Positions 62,460-64,000 of a stretch of 64,000 nt of DNA are shown here, in pieces; within the stretch, counting starts at the first letter, position 1, and each line of letters opens with the position of its first letter. This stretch comes from Sphyrna mokarran (Eukaryota): positions 26,226,001 through 26,290,000 of the forward strand of contig JAGIQG010000024.1 of assembly GCA_024679065.1 (NCBI GenBank), given 5' to 3'. The notes beneath the pieces are model-generated. The model made no database searches and was not told the origin of the DNA. It worked only from the letters and a program-made list of their open reading frames with translations. Position numbers and translations under genes: made by a program.

Positions 62460-62865
62460 TACCTCACCAGTCAGCAATCTGTACTAGGATCCCAACTGTT
62501 CACATTATATTAATGATTTGGAACTGAATTTATTCTCTCACTTTTCAAATGAAACAAAGTTGGTGGGAGGGTGACCTGTGAGGAGGATGCAGAGATGCTT
62601 CAGCATGGTTTGGACAGACTGTGAGAGTTAGCAGCTGCATGGCAGATGCAGTATAATGTGGACCAATAAGAGGTTATCCACTTTGGTAGCAATAAGTAGA
62701 CAGATTATTACTTAAATTGGTGTAAATTGAGAGAGGTGAATACTCAATGAGACCTTGGAGCCCTCATGCATCAGACACTGAAAGTAAGCATGCAGGTACA
62801 GCAGGTATAAAGAAGCAAAATGTACGTTGGCCTTCATAGCGAGAGGATTTGAGTATAGGGATAGG
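62460..62865 (+). mobile_element. CR1 RT fragment
   Basis: CCCAACTGTTCACATTATATTAATGATTTG...ATGGCAGATGCAGTATAATGTGG...GTTGGCCTTCATAGCGAGAGGATTTGAGTATAGG. Confidence 0.8.
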
Positions 62866-64000
62866 GTAATGTGCCCGAGAGATGCAGGCAGGTGTGGTCA
62901 AGAGCGGGAAGTGTGGATATCTTGCAGAGAGGGAGATGGGAGTGAGAGAGAGAGAGGGGAAGAGATACGTGTATGAGAGAGAGGTCTGTGAACTCAGTGT
63001 GAGTGTCAGCTTTCCAGCATCGCTCCTCCCATTAAAATGGCTAAAGGCAAGAGTTAATTTTTTTTAAAATGAGAGAACTTTTTAGATTACTCACTCCTAA
63101 AGTGGATACTATCTCCAGGGGTTGATATTAAGGGTCCATGGGAGGGTGGCTTGGCCAGGGATTAATGTGAGTGGACTATGTAGCTGGTGAATATATTTGT
63201 GGTGGTCTGCCTCTCCCCAATTCCTAATATATACATAGAAATAGCTGGAAAAGACTTTTTTACATTTGATTTCTGTTTTCACAGCAAAAACGAGGCATTG
63301 ATATTATGAAAACATTTGGGGTTTCCCAATGCTCTTGGGAGATCACTAGGGATTCTGCAGCTTGCAAGTTTGGGAAACCATGACTTGGTTTAACAAAAAC
63401 CCATCTGCATAAGTCTATTTTTGAATTCTCAAATACCTCTTCAGGTAGACTAACAATTTTACCACTGAAAACTCTTCAGGGGTTTTCAAAGCTGGCTTTC
63501 ATTTCAGGAGATATTTTCTCAGCTGCCAATGAGGCATTTTTACTCTGCAAAAGATTCTAGCTTGTAACTTAGATTGATTATCGTATTAATTTAAATTAAC
63601 AGCAGTTATATTTAAACAGAACAGTTCTAAATCCTATGTGAAGATACAACTTAAAATCTCTCTATACTGTATGTAATAATGTCAAGCAAAAGAGGTGATG
63701 AGAATTATTCAAATGTTTGGCAGCAGATCTTAAAACTTTAGAAAGTTTGTTAATATTGTCTATTCTGCCATAGAGCATACTGTTTATTATCTACACCTTA
63801 AATGAACGTATTTGCCAAAGCATTACTTTATAAATACACAAAATCCATATCACACATTTAAAACTTCATTTCTAGAAACACAGTAGTGTTAATGATCCAA
63901 AACTTCAAACAATGATAACCCACCATTAACACTAGCCTATTTAAACTGTATACATTCCACATTATTTCCTCTAATAGACTCATGCCAAGAAAAGTACAAT

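Overview
AT-rich vertebrate genomic DNA, very probably from a shark or other cartilaginous fish (HE1/V-SINE-like, Deu-SINE-like, CR1, L2, Rex1-like and Penelope-like repeats dominate). Two minus-strand genes lie in tandem. The first is the 3' end of the spectraplakin MACF1, with seven coding exons I could splice by hand from the 18-nt FFLGNQ microexon (59481-59498) to the stop codon (34371), three of them frame-neutral cassettes. About 32 kb downstream is exon 1 of a BMP5-8 class gene, called BMP8 from the MACF1-BMP8 synteny. A 741-N assembly gap sits at 7089-7829. No prokaryote-style system (CRISPR, operon) is present, and I found no clearly new biological system. The observations most worth checking are: decayed hammerhead-ribozyme cores in fold-back Penelope relics; an RBFOX/SRRM4-type motif set around the microexon; two candidate unannotated MACF1 exons; a MITE family with 3-bp ANT target duplications; an inverted templated insertion inside a SINE; and a diverged ~180-bp non-TE duplication between the genes. 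Exon coordinates were read base by base. Repeat boundaries are approximate and family names come from recall of consensus sequences, not from searches.
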